Below are positions 47,012 through 55,970 of a stretch of 64,000 bases of DNA, in pieces (positions within the stretch are counted from its first letter, which is position 1; each line of letters opens with the position of its first letter). Both the position numbers and the translations under genes were made by a program. Below the pieces are notes generated by a model. The model saw only the letters and a program-made list of their open reading frames with translations. It searched no databases and was not told the DNA's origin. Source of the stretch: a bacterium. GTDB taxonomy: Bacteria > Bacillota > Clostridia > Oscillospirales > CAG-382. The stretch is from NCBI GenBank assembly GCA_963661975.1, contig CAVLDN010000004.1:5045-69044 (forward strand). The letters are read 5' to 3'.

Positions 47012-48658
47012 ATGTTAGAAAAGTATATCAATCGCACAGAGTTTGATTCCTATGAGGATCTGAAAAACAATTACAAAGTTACGGTGCCCAAAGACTTCAA
47101 CTTCGCGTATGACATTGTCGACGCATGGGCAAAACAGGATCCTTATAAGCCTGCGCTGCTGTATTGCAACGATAACGGCGAACGCAGACTTTACACCTTC
47201 CGTGATATGTCCTTGCTGTCCAATCGTGCGGCAAATTACTTTCAGTCACTCGGTATCGGCAAGTGTGATAAAGTCCTTCTTATGCTCAAACAACGCGCGG
47301 AGGCATGGATATGCATTCTTGCGCTTTGCAAGATTGGCGCGGTCTGTATACCCGCAACATTTCAGTTGACGAAAAAAGATATCGTTTACCGCTGCAATGC
47401 CGCTGAAGTAAAAGCAATTGTAACGGTTGATGATAAAAATATTACCGACAACGTTATTGCTTCGCTGCCGAAGTGCAATACCGTGCGGCACTATGCCGTG
47501 GTCGGCGATAATATTCCGGAATGCGCTTCGGATTTCCGCAAGAATTGTTCTGCATTTTCCGATACGCTCGAAAGAATACCCAATCTCTCGACCGACCCGA
47601 TGCTCATGTACTTTTCCTCGGGGACTACCGGTATGCCCAAGATGATACTCCACAACTATTCTTATCCTTTGGGGCATATAATAACCGCCAAATTTTGGCA
47701 GCAGACAGAGGAAGGGAAGTTACACCTCACTATGTCCGACTCCGGTTGGGCGAAATTCGCATGGGGTAAAATATACGGTCAATGGATTTGCGGTGCTGTT
47801 ATCGTTGCCTATGATAACGAAAAGTTCAATGCGAAAAACACATTGGAACTGATCCAGGAAATCGGTGTTACGACATTCTGTGCGCCGCCGACTATATTCA
47901 GATTCCTGATAAAAGAAGATCTTTCAAAATACGATTTTTCATCTATAAAGCACTGCTGCATTGCCGGTGAACCGCTTAATCCCGAGGTATTTTACCGTTT
48001 TAAGGAATTGACCGGTCTTACATTGACAGAAGGCTTCGGCCAGACCGAAACGCCGGTTATTATTGCTAATTTCAAAGGCATGAAGATTAAGCCGGGCTCA
48101 ACCGGGAAACCCTCGCCGGATTTCGATGTCGATATTGTCGATGAAAACGGCAACAGTTGCGAGGACGGCATTGTAGGTTCGATCGTAATAAAGAATCTTT
48201 CGAAGCATTATCCCGCAGGGCTGTTTCTGGGCTACCAGCATGATGAAGCCGCTAATTCTCGCGCATTCAAGCTGGACAGCTATAATACGGGCGATACCGC
48301 ATGGCGCGATTCCGATGGGTATTTTTGGTTTGTCGGCAGAAATGACGATGTAATTAAGTGTTCCGGCTACCGTATAGGCCCGTTTGAAGTCGAGAGTGCC
48401 TTGATGACACATCGCAGCGTTCTTGAATGTGCCGTTACCGCGGCGCCGGACCCTGTAAGAGGGCAGGTCGTAAAGGCGACGATTGTGCTTGCGAAAGGCT
48501 TTGTTGCGAGCGAAGAACTGAAAAAGGAAATCCAGGATCATGTAAAAAGAGTTACCGCACCATACAAATATCCGCGCATTGTGGAATTTGTGGACGAACT
48601 CCCGAAAACCACCTCCGGCAAGATCCGCAGGGCGGAAATCAGAAGGAACGACGGCTGA
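47012..48658 (+). CDS. AMP-forming acyl-CoA synthetase/ligase (ANL superfamily, medium-chain/ACSM-like)
   Basis: Core motifs YFSSGTTGMPK, TEGFGQTE, GDTAWRDSDGYFWFVGRNDDVIK and SGKIRR. Confidence 0.85.
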   Translation: MLEKYINRTEFDSYEDLKNNYKVTVPKDFNFAYDIVDAWAKQDPYKPALLYCNDNGERRLYTFRDMSLLSNRAANYFQSLGIGKCDKVLLMLKQRAEAWICILALCKIGAVCIPATFQLTKKDIVYRCNAAEVKAIVTVDDKNITDNVIASLPKCNTVRHYAVVGDNIPECASDFRKNCSAFSDTLERIPNLSTDPMLMYFSSGTTGMPKMILHNYSYPLGHIITAKFWQQTEEGKLHLTMSDSGWAKFAWGKIYGQWICGAVIVAYDNEKFNAKNTLELIQEIGVTTFCAPPTIFRFLIKEDLSKYDFSSIKHCCIAGEPLNPEVFYRFKELTGLTLTEGFGQTETPVIIANFKGMKIKPGSTGKPSPDFDVDIVDENGNSCEDGIVGSIVIKNLSKHYPAGLFLGYQHDEAANSRAFKLDSYNTGDTAWRDSDGYFWFVGRNDDVIKCSGYRIGPFEVESALMTHRSVLECAVTAAPDPVRGQVVKATIVLAKGFVASEELKKEIQDHVKRVTAPYKYPRIVEFVDELPKTTSGKIRRAEIRRNDG

Positions 48659-49062
48659 TGCAGAAGCTTTACAGTAAACCGGTACTTATAATCAAATCGA
48701 TATGCTGCCTGCTCTTAACGCCGATCTTCCTTATTATATCGTCGTTGATAAGCACGGAGGATCCGTTCTTGTATCTGCTTGCGGCTACGATACCGGTAAT
48801 GCTGCTGTACGCATTGCCGTATTGGCTTTCGGTGCATAATATACGCAAATATCCCGTAACCGGCATCGGAAGGTATATCGGCCTGGATGCGCTTACCTTA
48901 TATTTGCCGACGGTATCCGGCATACTCATATATGAGCTTGCGGATGCCGCGATTAACGGTCAGACGGCCGTATCCGGCTTTACGACTATCGTATTTGCAG
49001 TTGTCTGCATACTCATCGCGGGAATGTTTTGGATCAATTACAAAATATTCTCGCGTAAATAA
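48658..49062 (+). CDS. hypothetical 134-aa membrane protein (4 predicted TM)
   Basis: ATG overlaps the ligase stop (TGATG). Four hydrophobic segments. No family recognised. Confidence 0.5.
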   Translation: MQKLYSKPVLIIKSICCLLLTPIFLIISSLISTEDPFLYLLAATIPVMLLYALPYWLSVHNIRKYPVTGIGRYIGLDALTLYLPTVSGILIYELADAAINGQTAVSGFTTIVFAVVCILIAGMFWINYKIFSRK

Positions 49063-49064
49063 AA

Positions 49065-49140
49065 CCGCCCTTAGCTCAGCGGATAGAGCAACGGATTCCG
49101 ATTCCGTAGGCCGGGGGTTCAAATCCCTTAGGGCGGGCCA
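49065..49140 (+). tRNA. tRNA-Arg (anticodon CCG), CCA encoded
   Basis: Folded by hand. Acceptor CCGCCCT/AGGGCGG (C1:G72), D arm GCTC-AGCGGATA-GAGC, anticodon arm ACGGA-TTCCGAT-TCCGT, T arm GGGGG-TTCAAAT-CCCTT, then G-CCA. Confidence 0.9.
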
Positions 49141-49141
49141 T

Positions 49142-49175
49142 AAAAAGACCAAGTCACAAGACTCGGTCTTTTTTT
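49142..49175 (+). terminator. rho-independent terminator after tRNA-Arg
   Basis: GACCAAGTC-acaa-GACTCGGTC (one mismatch) followed by T7. An A-run upstream makes it potentially bidirectional. Confidence 0.8.
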
Positions 49176-49292
49176 AGGCCTTTTTGCGGTTTACTGCTTC
49201 CCTGTATTACAGAAAATTTATATTTTATGTAATTAACACAATCGGAGAAAGGGCAAAACCGAGATGTGGCCACGGTATTGCCCCGCTGTTTG

Positions 49293-49697
49293 TCAGGTAT
49301 TTTTCTGATGTTTCCGAACGCAGTCTCCGCACTTGCCGTATAGGACTGTACGTGAGTTATCAAGGATGAAATCGTGTTCCTGTTTGATATGCGCGGAAAT
49401 TTCTGAAAGCGTATCGCATTTAAGATGGATTGTTTTGCTGCATTCGGTGCACACAAGATGATAATGTGTTTCGCAGCTGCTATTGCCTATATACTGATAG
49501 CAGCACTTATTTCCCGCACCGGTTTCGTATTTACGCACGATTCCGCCCGCACAAAGCTTTTCGAGCCTTCGATAGACCGTTGCGCGTGAAACACGGTCCG
49601 AAAGCGCCTCTGCCAGCTCGTCGGCTGTAAAGTGCCGTTCCGGATGTTCGGTTATATATTCTATGACAGCCGAATTTTGTTTTGTTGCATAAGGCAT
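49293..49697 (-). CDS. Fur-family metalloregulator (Fur/Zur/PerR; type not assignable)
   Basis: Winged-helix N-domain (SRATVYRRLEKL), HYHLVCTECSK and GKCGDC Zn-site motifs. Start at 49697 preferred over 49736, with moderate certainty. Confidence 0.75.
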   Translation of the reverse strand: MPYATKQNSAVIEYITEHPERHFTADELAEALSDRVSRATVYRRLEKLCAGGIVRKYETGAGNKCCYQYIGNSSCETHYHLVCTECSKTIHLKCDTLSEISAHIKQEHDFILDNSRTVLYGKCGDCVRKHQKNT

Positions 49698-49739
49698 AGT
49701 GTCACCAAATAACAAATATGAACAAAATGTGTACACCCG

Positions 49740-50744
49740 TCAACCGTTATCGGAAAAGACGGCTTCGGATTCGTCGTCCGCTTCCGTGGGGCGCTCCTCG
49801 GGATGTTCTTCATAGTATGGATCGATTACATACTTCTTTATATTCGGCAATGTGCAGTAAACTCCGATGTATGTGAGAAATGACACGGCAAACATACAAA
49901 GGAACAGGATTGCAAACTGAGGAAGCAGGATCCAAAGATAGACGAAAATTATCGCGAATGCAAGGCTCGAGAAGAAAGCGGCAAGATTACGCTTAATTCC
50001 GAGAGCCGAGAGGATCAATGCGTTCTTGAACATCTTCCCTATTGTCATTTTGCAGGTGACGAGCTGAATATAAATATAGAATCGCATGATGTAATATACG
50101 GCCGCGAAAAAGATGGATGCGTAATAAAACACAAGCATCATGAAGCTGTTACCGGCATTGGCACTATACGCGATAAGATCGTAGCCGAGCAGGAGGATTA
50201 TCAGCACATCAATTATTCCGACCGCAATTCCCTGCTTGAAATTGCGCTTTATCGCATAGAAGAAATCGCTCCAGGATTCTGTATGCGCACCGTTGCAGAT
50301 ATTACGGATATTATAAATCAGCCCGACGGAGGACAAGCCGAATGTCAGAAACAACGCGGCGCCGAACCAGCGCAGTATTTTCGAGGCGGTTGAAACGACC
50401 GAGAGCGAAGTGAGCCCGCCGTACTGCGTGAAAAGTGCTGCGATAAACGGGGATGCTTCCCCGCCCGCCAAAAAAAACGTCGATGCCTGTGCATACAACG
50501 GATCTGCGGCGGTGACGGTTTTATCGTCGAGGAAGCCGGTGATGCCGAAAAGCGCAACAAATGCAAAAGCATTGCAAAGAGTAAATATAAGATTGCAGGA
50601 AGAAAGCTTTCCGAACTTGCTTTTCAGCAGTTTGAAGAAGAATGCAAAACCGAGGTTTTTGTCAAACTCCGCCTGCTGCTTTGTGATGCCTTTGTCATTT
50701 TTATTGTTTGTTCCCGAAAAAAGGTTAAAGAGCTTATTTGCCAT
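49740..50744 (-). CDS. hypothetical polytopic membrane protein (possibly DUF624/YesL-like)
   Basis: 334 aa, 6-7 hydrophobic helices, acidic C-terminal tail. The family assignment is a weak impression only. Confidence 0.45.
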   Translation of the reverse strand: MANKLFNLFSGTNNKNDKGITKQQAEFDKNLGFAFFFKLLKSKFGKLSSCNLIFTLCNAFAFVALFGITGFLDDKTVTAADPLYAQASTFFLAGGEASPFIAALFTQYGGLTSLSVVSTASKILRWFGAALFLTFGLSSVGLIYNIRNICNGAHTESWSDFFYAIKRNFKQGIAVGIIDVLIILLLGYDLIAYSANAGNSFMMLVFYYASIFFAAVYYIMRFYIYIQLVTCKMTIGKMFKNALILSALGIKRNLAAFFSSLAFAIIFVYLWILLPQFAILFLCMFAVSFLTYIGVYCTLPNIKKYVIDPYYEEHPEERPTEADDESEAVFSDNG

Positions 50745-50760
50745 TATATTTCCTCAAGTG

Positions 50761-51666
50761 TCAAGCGCGCGGATGGAATTTGATATAGCTGTTCTTCATT
50801 TTATCCTTTAAGTATTGCGCATAGCGCTGAGTGGATGAAATGTCGGAATGCCCAAGTATGACTTGAATATCGCGAATATCTGCACCGTTTTCAAGCAGGT
50901 GCGCGGCGAAAGAATGGCGCAAAGTATGGGGTGTGATGGCGCTTCTGATACCGGCGGCGGAAGCATACCCCTTGAGGATCTTCCAAAAGCCTTGCCGGGA
51001 CATACGTTCACCGGTGATATTTACAAAAAGTGCGGATTCGCTGCTGCCGTTAACAAGAACGGAACGGGATTTTTCGATATAATTGGTAACTGCTTTTACG
51101 GCTACGGGATAGATCGGAATAAAGCGTTCCTTTTCCCCGATGCCGCAGCGAATGAAGGAAAGCTGCGAATTGAAATCGTTAAGATCAAGCCCGATAAGTT
51201 CGGAAACTCTGATACCGGTTGCATAGAGTAATTCAAGCATGGCTTTATCGCGAATACCCTTGATGTCTGCGATGTCGGGCTGTGAAAGAAGCGCATCGAT
51301 TTCCTTTGAGCTTAAAATGTTCAGCTGTTGCTTTGGGATCTTATCATTGTGTACATCTCTGGCGGGGTTGCTATCGCATATACCTTCAGATACAAAAAAA
51401 GAATACAGACTGCGCAGCGAGGAGAGAGTACGGCATACGGATGCCGAGGAAAGGCCGTTGCTTGTAAGATAATTCTTAAAGTCGTAAACGGTGTCTGAAT
51501 CAACATCCGCAAAATCCATAATGTTGGATTCGCTTGCGTACTCGGTGAATTTGACGAGATCGCGTCTGTATGCCTGAAGGGTGTTGTCGGACGCCTTCTT
51601 CTCTTTGCGAAGATAATCGTAATAAATATTCAGTTGTGAGGTGAAAGCGTTTTCACAACCGGTCAT
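50761..51666 (-). CDS. xerD: tyrosine site-specific recombinase, XerC/XerD type
   Basis: 301 aa. N-terminal SAM-like domain (DNTLQAYRRDL). Catalytic region TGIRVSEL...HTLRHSFAAHLLENGADIRDIQVILGHSDISSTQRY. Confidence 0.75.
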   Translation of the reverse strand: MTGCENAFTSQLNIYYDYLRKEKKASDNTLQAYRRDLVKFTEYASESNIMDFADVDSDTVYDFKNYLTSNGLSSASVCRTLSSLRSLYSFFVSEGICDSNPARDVHNDKIPKQQLNILSSKEIDALLSQPDIADIKGIRDKAMLELLYATGIRVSELIGLDLNDFNSQLSFIRCGIGEKERFIPIYPVAVKAVTNYIEKSRSVLVNGSSESALFVNITGERMSRQGFWKILKGYASAAGIRSAITPHTLRHSFAAHLLENGADIRDIQVILGHSDISSTQRYAQYLKDKMKNSYIKFHPRA

Positions 51667-52104
51667 TTGAATACCTTTGGATACCTTGTCTTATATAATA
51701 AAATAAAAAGCAAAACACGGAACAGCGGAATGAGTTTGCGGCGGAAAGAAGATAAAAGAAAATTGCGTCCGCCGTTCAAGAGCGGTAGTTTTATTTGCGA
51801 AAATTATCGCCGGTTAGGATGGTATGCGAACAAGCTGCGCAAAACGCGGCAAACGCAAAAGCGAATCGAATACAGCCGATAATTATGTTATGCACCTTCT
51901 GCGTGGTGTATTATCTATCATAATACAAAAAGCGCCCGATTGCAAGAGCATTTGCCAAAGTTTCCCAAAATTGTTGATTATGACGATGTGTTATGTAAAC
52001 TGTATTATGTTTACCTTGTAAACCGGTACAACATTTGGTGCTTTGACTTGCGGTACGGAACAACATATTGCTTTTGCGATAAATTGACGATTTCAGGTTC
52101 ACTC

Positions 52105-52137
52105 AAAAAAACAGCCGGGTTTGCGCCCGGCTGTTTT
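52105..52137 (-). terminator. rho-independent terminator of the glycoside hydrolase gene (potentially bidirectional)
   Basis: ACAGCCGGG-tttgcg-CCCGGCTGT, flanked by A7 upstream and TTTT downstream. Located 13 nt beyond the minus-strand stop. Confidence 0.8.
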
Positions 52138-52149
52138 GCATGCATTTAT

Positions 52150-54327
52150 TCAATTAAATGACTTCCACTCATCGCACAATTTGTTCAGTACCATAGAAGT
52201 ATTCATACCCGGACGGACAAACGTGGTAAAATCGGTCTTGCGGTATTCTTCGTGGATAGAGGCAATGTCGTTTCGAAGCTCGTCGTCGTGTTCGAGTATT
52301 CCCTTCCCCGCGCATCGCTTTATCCACGCGCTTATTGCGCGCAGCTCCGGCAAAGTAATGCAGCGCATCATTTCATAAGCGCAGGTTCTGCAATACACAT
52401 TATCGGAATTTTCCTTTATTGTATTGCTTTCAAAATACGGATTGACATGGCAATACTCCTCGGCTTTGCGTATGCCCGATAGAATCGAATAGTCCTCGTC
52501 GGTACCGAGCAGCTCCGTAAAGAGCTTTTCCTTTTCGATGATATTGCTCCAATCTTTTTCGCTGTCGGTAAAATCACCGCCGTACAGCTTCAATGCAGAG
52601 CGTATCATCGAGAAGTGAATATCGCGCGAGATTGCGGTACGTGCCATATCAAGCGCTTCGCGCTTCGCACCTTCACTGTCTGCGTACGGATAGATTTCAG
52701 AAATTGTCTTTATTACTTCAAAAGCCGCATCTTCGGTTTTGTCATATTCGGCAAGTTGTGAAGCAAATACCGCGATGCGTTTATCATCGATTTTCGGAGC
52801 GAAGAGCGGTGTTTCGTAATCGGTTGTCAACTCTCCGAGCGAGAAATCGCGGAAAATATTGCGTTCGGGGTGCAGTCTGTCACCGCCCCAATGACCGAAA
52901 CGGGAGATTTTCAGAAGTGCTTCATATGCCTTGACGGCTTTTCTGTATATAGTTTTGCCGAATCTTCCGAGGCAGTAATCGTGTATGAAGATATACAGAT
53001 CCTTTTCGGGCTCCGGATTCCAGGAGTTTTTCGCTATGTATTCAAGCATCATGCCGTCGCCGTGCGAAAGCTCCTGCCATCCGACAAAACCAATACATTT
53101 TTCATCATCGGCGGCAACTTTCAGGCGCTTTGATATAAGCTCATAATCGCCGCGGATATCGTTTTCGGGCTCATAAGCGTGGAATATGCCGAATATATAC
53201 GGGAAGTTTTTGCAAACGCCCCATCCGGTAAAGTTCGATTCTTTATATTGCGTATCGGATGTATAGTCGAAAATTATGCATTGCTCCGCATCAATTTCAC
53301 CGAGCAGTTCGGCGACTTCTTCATTTGTCCAAAACATCGAGAAATCCCAGGATGCGATCAGAAGCTTTGAGCCGCTGTATTTCTCTTTGAGCATATCGCA
53401 AATTTTACGGTACACATATTTTTTGAGCTTGAGGTTTTCGTCTCTGTCTGCCGAAAATAATCTTTCCGCAAGGCCTATGGTATGAAATAATCCGCTGTTT
53501 CCGAATGCATTTACGGTCGCTTCCGTCAGCTTGAAGTAAAGATTTGTTTCGCGCTCGTTGCGAATATCCCACACAAGCGAGCGTTTATCGGAATAAAGCG
53601 AATTTGACTGCTGCAAAAATGCGGGATTATAGCTTTCGAGGAAGCTTTCCGGCGTTTGCGAATACCAGTGTGTCATTGTGCCGCAGTCAACGGGGCGCAT
53701 CAGCTGCAGGAGATCGGCATATTCGTTTATGCGGCGTTCCAGTTCGATATCATCATCACCGCTGCGCATGGGTGTGCGTTCGGAAAATCCGGTCTGTGTC
53801 GGGTATTTGCAGCCGTCGGTATTATCAACGTTAACTTCGTTCGGAAATGCGCGCTCGAAAGCATTGCGGTTGCCGAGTCGGAGCATGAACATATTGAACT
53901 TGCGTTTTACAAGCCAATCCAGCTCTTTCTTCCAATCATCGAAACCCCATTCCTCTGCTTGAAAGCGGTAAAGCGAACGGTGGGCAAAGTAGCGCTGACC
54001 GCGATATCTGAAACGCGGCGCATCCGAATACTCCGTGCGCACATATTTCGGAACACGCTGCGGGATCCTTTCTTCATCCCAAAAATAACGCACACCGTAG
54101 CAGCGTTCGAAATAATCGTACACGGCATAGAGAATCGCACGTTCGCATCCGCCGGTGAAGTCGATGACGTTATCCGTTGCTTTGACGGAAAATGCCTCCT
54201 CGTTTTCGGAGCTTTTGATTGTAAAATGTACTTCCTCCGGGCGTTCATCGCAAACCGCATTGATATATTTATTGAATTCGGATGCGGCATGGAGCATTGT
54301 GGGAGTGTTTTCGCTGATGAAATTCAT
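52150..54327 (-). CDS. putative glycoside hydrolase, distant GH89 (alpha-N-acetylglucosaminidase)-like; no signal peptide
   Basis: 725 aa. EEWGFDDWKKELDWLVKRKFNMFML resembles the NAGLU W..W..EIDWMALNGIN segment. The family call is tentative. Confidence 0.4.
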   Translation of the reverse strand: MNFISENTPTMLHAASEFNKYINAVCDERPEEVHFTIKSSENEEAFSVKATDNVIDFTGGCERAILYAVYDYFERCYGVRYFWDEERIPQRVPKYVRTEYSDAPRFRYRGQRYFAHRSLYRFQAEEWGFDDWKKELDWLVKRKFNMFMLRLGNRNAFERAFPNEVNVDNTDGCKYPTQTGFSERTPMRSGDDDIELERRINEYADLLQLMRPVDCGTMTHWYSQTPESFLESYNPAFLQQSNSLYSDKRSLVWDIRNERETNLYFKLTEATVNAFGNSGLFHTIGLAERLFSADRDENLKLKKYVYRKICDMLKEKYSGSKLLIASWDFSMFWTNEEVAELLGEIDAEQCIIFDYTSDTQYKESNFTGWGVCKNFPYIFGIFHAYEPENDIRGDYELISKRLKVAADDEKCIGFVGWQELSHGDGMMLEYIAKNSWNPEPEKDLYIFIHDYCLGRFGKTIYRKAVKAYEALLKISRFGHWGGDRLHPERNIFRDFSLGELTTDYETPLFAPKIDDKRIAVFASQLAEYDKTEDAAFEVIKTISEIYPYADSEGAKREALDMARTAISRDIHFSMIRSALKLYGGDFTDSEKDWSNIIEKEKLFTELLGTDEDYSILSGIRKAEEYCHVNPYFESNTIKENSDNVYCRTCAYEMMRCITLPELRAISAWIKRCAGKGILEHDDELRNDIASIHEEYRKTDFTTFVRPGMNTSMVLNKLCDEWKSFN

Positions 54328-54341
54328 AATCTACCTTTTGC

Positions 54342-54369
54342 TTGACATATTGTTTTTTTATGATAAAAT
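54342..54369 (+). promoter_or_regulatory. sigA-type promoter
   Basis: TTGACA-16 nt-TAAAAT with TGn extended -10, located 23 nt upstream of ATG 54392. Confidence 0.6.
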
Positions 54370-54391
54370 CAACTTGAAACGGGGTGAACCA

Positions 54392-55375
54392 ATGGGAAAG
54401 CTCGAGATAATTGCAGGCAAAAACGATGCCGGACAGCGGCTCGATAAATTCCTGCTCAAAACATACACAAATCTTCCGGTATCACTTATGTATAAGCTGA
54501 TAAGGAAGAAGGATATAACGGTAAACCGTTCCCGCACGGAGGAACGATATATTCTTTCGGAAGGCGATGTTATCAAGATATATGCGCCGGATGACGTTCT
54601 TTCCGGCAAGGCCGCCCGCCGCAAGGGCGATGCGAGCAAGCTGCGTATCGCGTATGAGGATGATAACATCCTTATTGCGGATAAGGAATCGGGATTGCTT
54701 GTCCATTCCGATGAGGATACGGCGGATGATACTTTGATAGACCGCATAACCGAATATCTTATCGGCAAGGGCGAATTTGATCCGGATTCCGAAAACAGTT
54801 TTGCGCCCGCGCTTTGCAACCGTATCGACCGCAACACGCAGGGGCTTGTTATTGCGGCAAAAAACGCAGAGGCTCTGCGCGAAATGAATATTATAGTCCG
54901 CGACAGGACGGTATGCAAAAAGTACCTTGCCGCCGTTCACGGCTGCCCTTCTCCGAAAGAGGGCGAGTTGAGGCATTATCTCGAAAAAAACCATGAAAAA
55001 AACATGGTTTTTGTCCGTCAAACCCGCAGCGGCAATGCCAAAACCGCAATAACGCGATATTCGGTTCTCGAATACGATCGTAAAAACGATGTATCGCTCC
55101 TCGAAATAGAACTTGTGACCGGCAGAACACATCAGATACGCGCAAGCTTTGCATATATCGGCTGTCCTCTGATCGGTGACGGAAAGTACTCTGTCAACAA
55201 ACAGGACCGCGAGCGTGGATATACATCACAGTCGCTGTGTGCTTATTCGCTCTGCTTCGATAAAGTGTCGAATATGCAGCTGCTCGGTTATCTTCAAGGG
55301 TTGAAGGTGTTCGCATCCGAACCCGACTTTTTACGACTGTTTCCGCGGTACTGCGCAGGAAAGTCACATTGTTGA
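54392..55375 (+). CDS. RluA-family 23S rRNA pseudouridine synthase (S4 domain + catalytic domain)
   Basis: Trimmed to ATG 54392. S4-like N-terminus (QRLDKFL), catalytic motif NRIDRNTQGLVI, and TGRTHQIRA. Confidence 0.85.
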   Translation: MGKLEIIAGKNDAGQRLDKFLLKTYTNLPVSLMYKLIRKKDITVNRSRTEERYILSEGDVIKIYAPDDVLSGKAARRKGDASKLRIAYEDDNILIADKESGLLVHSDEDTADDTLIDRITEYLIGKGEFDPDSENSFAPALCNRIDRNTQGLVIAAKNAEALREMNIIVRDRTVCKKYLAAVHGCPSPKEGELRHYLEKNHEKNMVFVRQTRSGNAKTAITRYSVLEYDRKNDVSLLEIELVTGRTHQIRASFAYIGCPLIGDGKYSVNKQDRERGYTSQSLCAYSLCFDKVSNMQLLGYLQGLKVFASEPDFLRLFPRYCAGKSHC

Positions 55376-55966
55376 AACGATTTGATTCCAGAGGACTTCC
55401 CTGCCTTCGCCGGTGAGTGATGAATAAAGCACAAGCGGCGTATCCCGCATTATCGCCGTGTCGGTGACAAGCTTCGCGCAGGCTTCATTCAATTTGGTTT
55501 TATTGAGCTTGTCGCATTTTGTTGCAACAATAATATACGGAACATTGTAATGCCCGAGGTAATCGAGCATTATTCTGTCGTCCGCCGTGAGACCTATGCG
55601 TATATCGACAAGCTGCAAAACGCATTTGAGCGCATCGTTGTTTTCGAAATACTGCTGTGTCAGGGCGGACCATTTTTCGATATCGCCCTTCGGTCTCCTT
55701 GCGAAGCCGTAACCCGGAAGGTCGACAAGCATAAGCTTTCCGTCGACCTCATAATAGTTGACGGTGATCGTCTTTCCCGGTTCGGAGCTGACACGGGCAA
55801 GATTTTTTCTGCCGAGCAGTGAGTTCATAAGCGAGCTTTTGCCGACATTTGATCTCCCCGCAAAGGCTATCTGAGGCAGCCCGTTTTTGATAAGCTGCCA
55901 TCCGAGCCCCGCGGTGATCTTAAGATCTGTTTTGTGCAGATTCAATCCGCCGAAAGACATTTTCAT
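55364..55966 (-). CDS. engB: ribosome biogenesis GTPase YsxC/EngB
   Basis: G1 GRSNVGKSS, G2 PGKT, G3 DLPGYG, G4 TKCDK. Located directly downstream of lon, as in Bacillus. Confidence 0.9.
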   Translation of the reverse strand: MKMSFGGLNLHKTDLKITAGLGWQLIKNGLPQIAFAGRSNVGKSSLMNSLLGRKNLARVSSEPGKTITVNYYEVDGKLMLVDLPGYGFARRPKGDIEKWSALTQQYFENNDALKCVLQLVDIRIGLTADDRIMLDYLGHYNVPYIIVATKCDKLNKTKLNEACAKLVTDTAIMRDTPLVLYSSLTGEGREVLWNQIVSTM

Positions 55967-55970
55967 AAAT

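Noticed and set aside
49065-51666. A tyrosine recombinase 1.6 kb from tRNA-Arg, as a possible integrated element.
   Set aside because: The recombinase has XerC/XerD length and motifs. The intervening genes (a Fur-family regulator and a membrane protein) are not phage- or ICE-like. I could not find a direct repeat of the tRNA 3' end elsewhere in the window, and there is no obvious compositional break. A genome-wide repeat search for the last ~20 nt of the tRNA would settle it.
51667-51882. A 71-aa highly basic ORF starting right after xerD on the opposite strand.
   Set aside because: No RBS. The composition (K/R-rich) is typical of random translation of AT-rich DNA.
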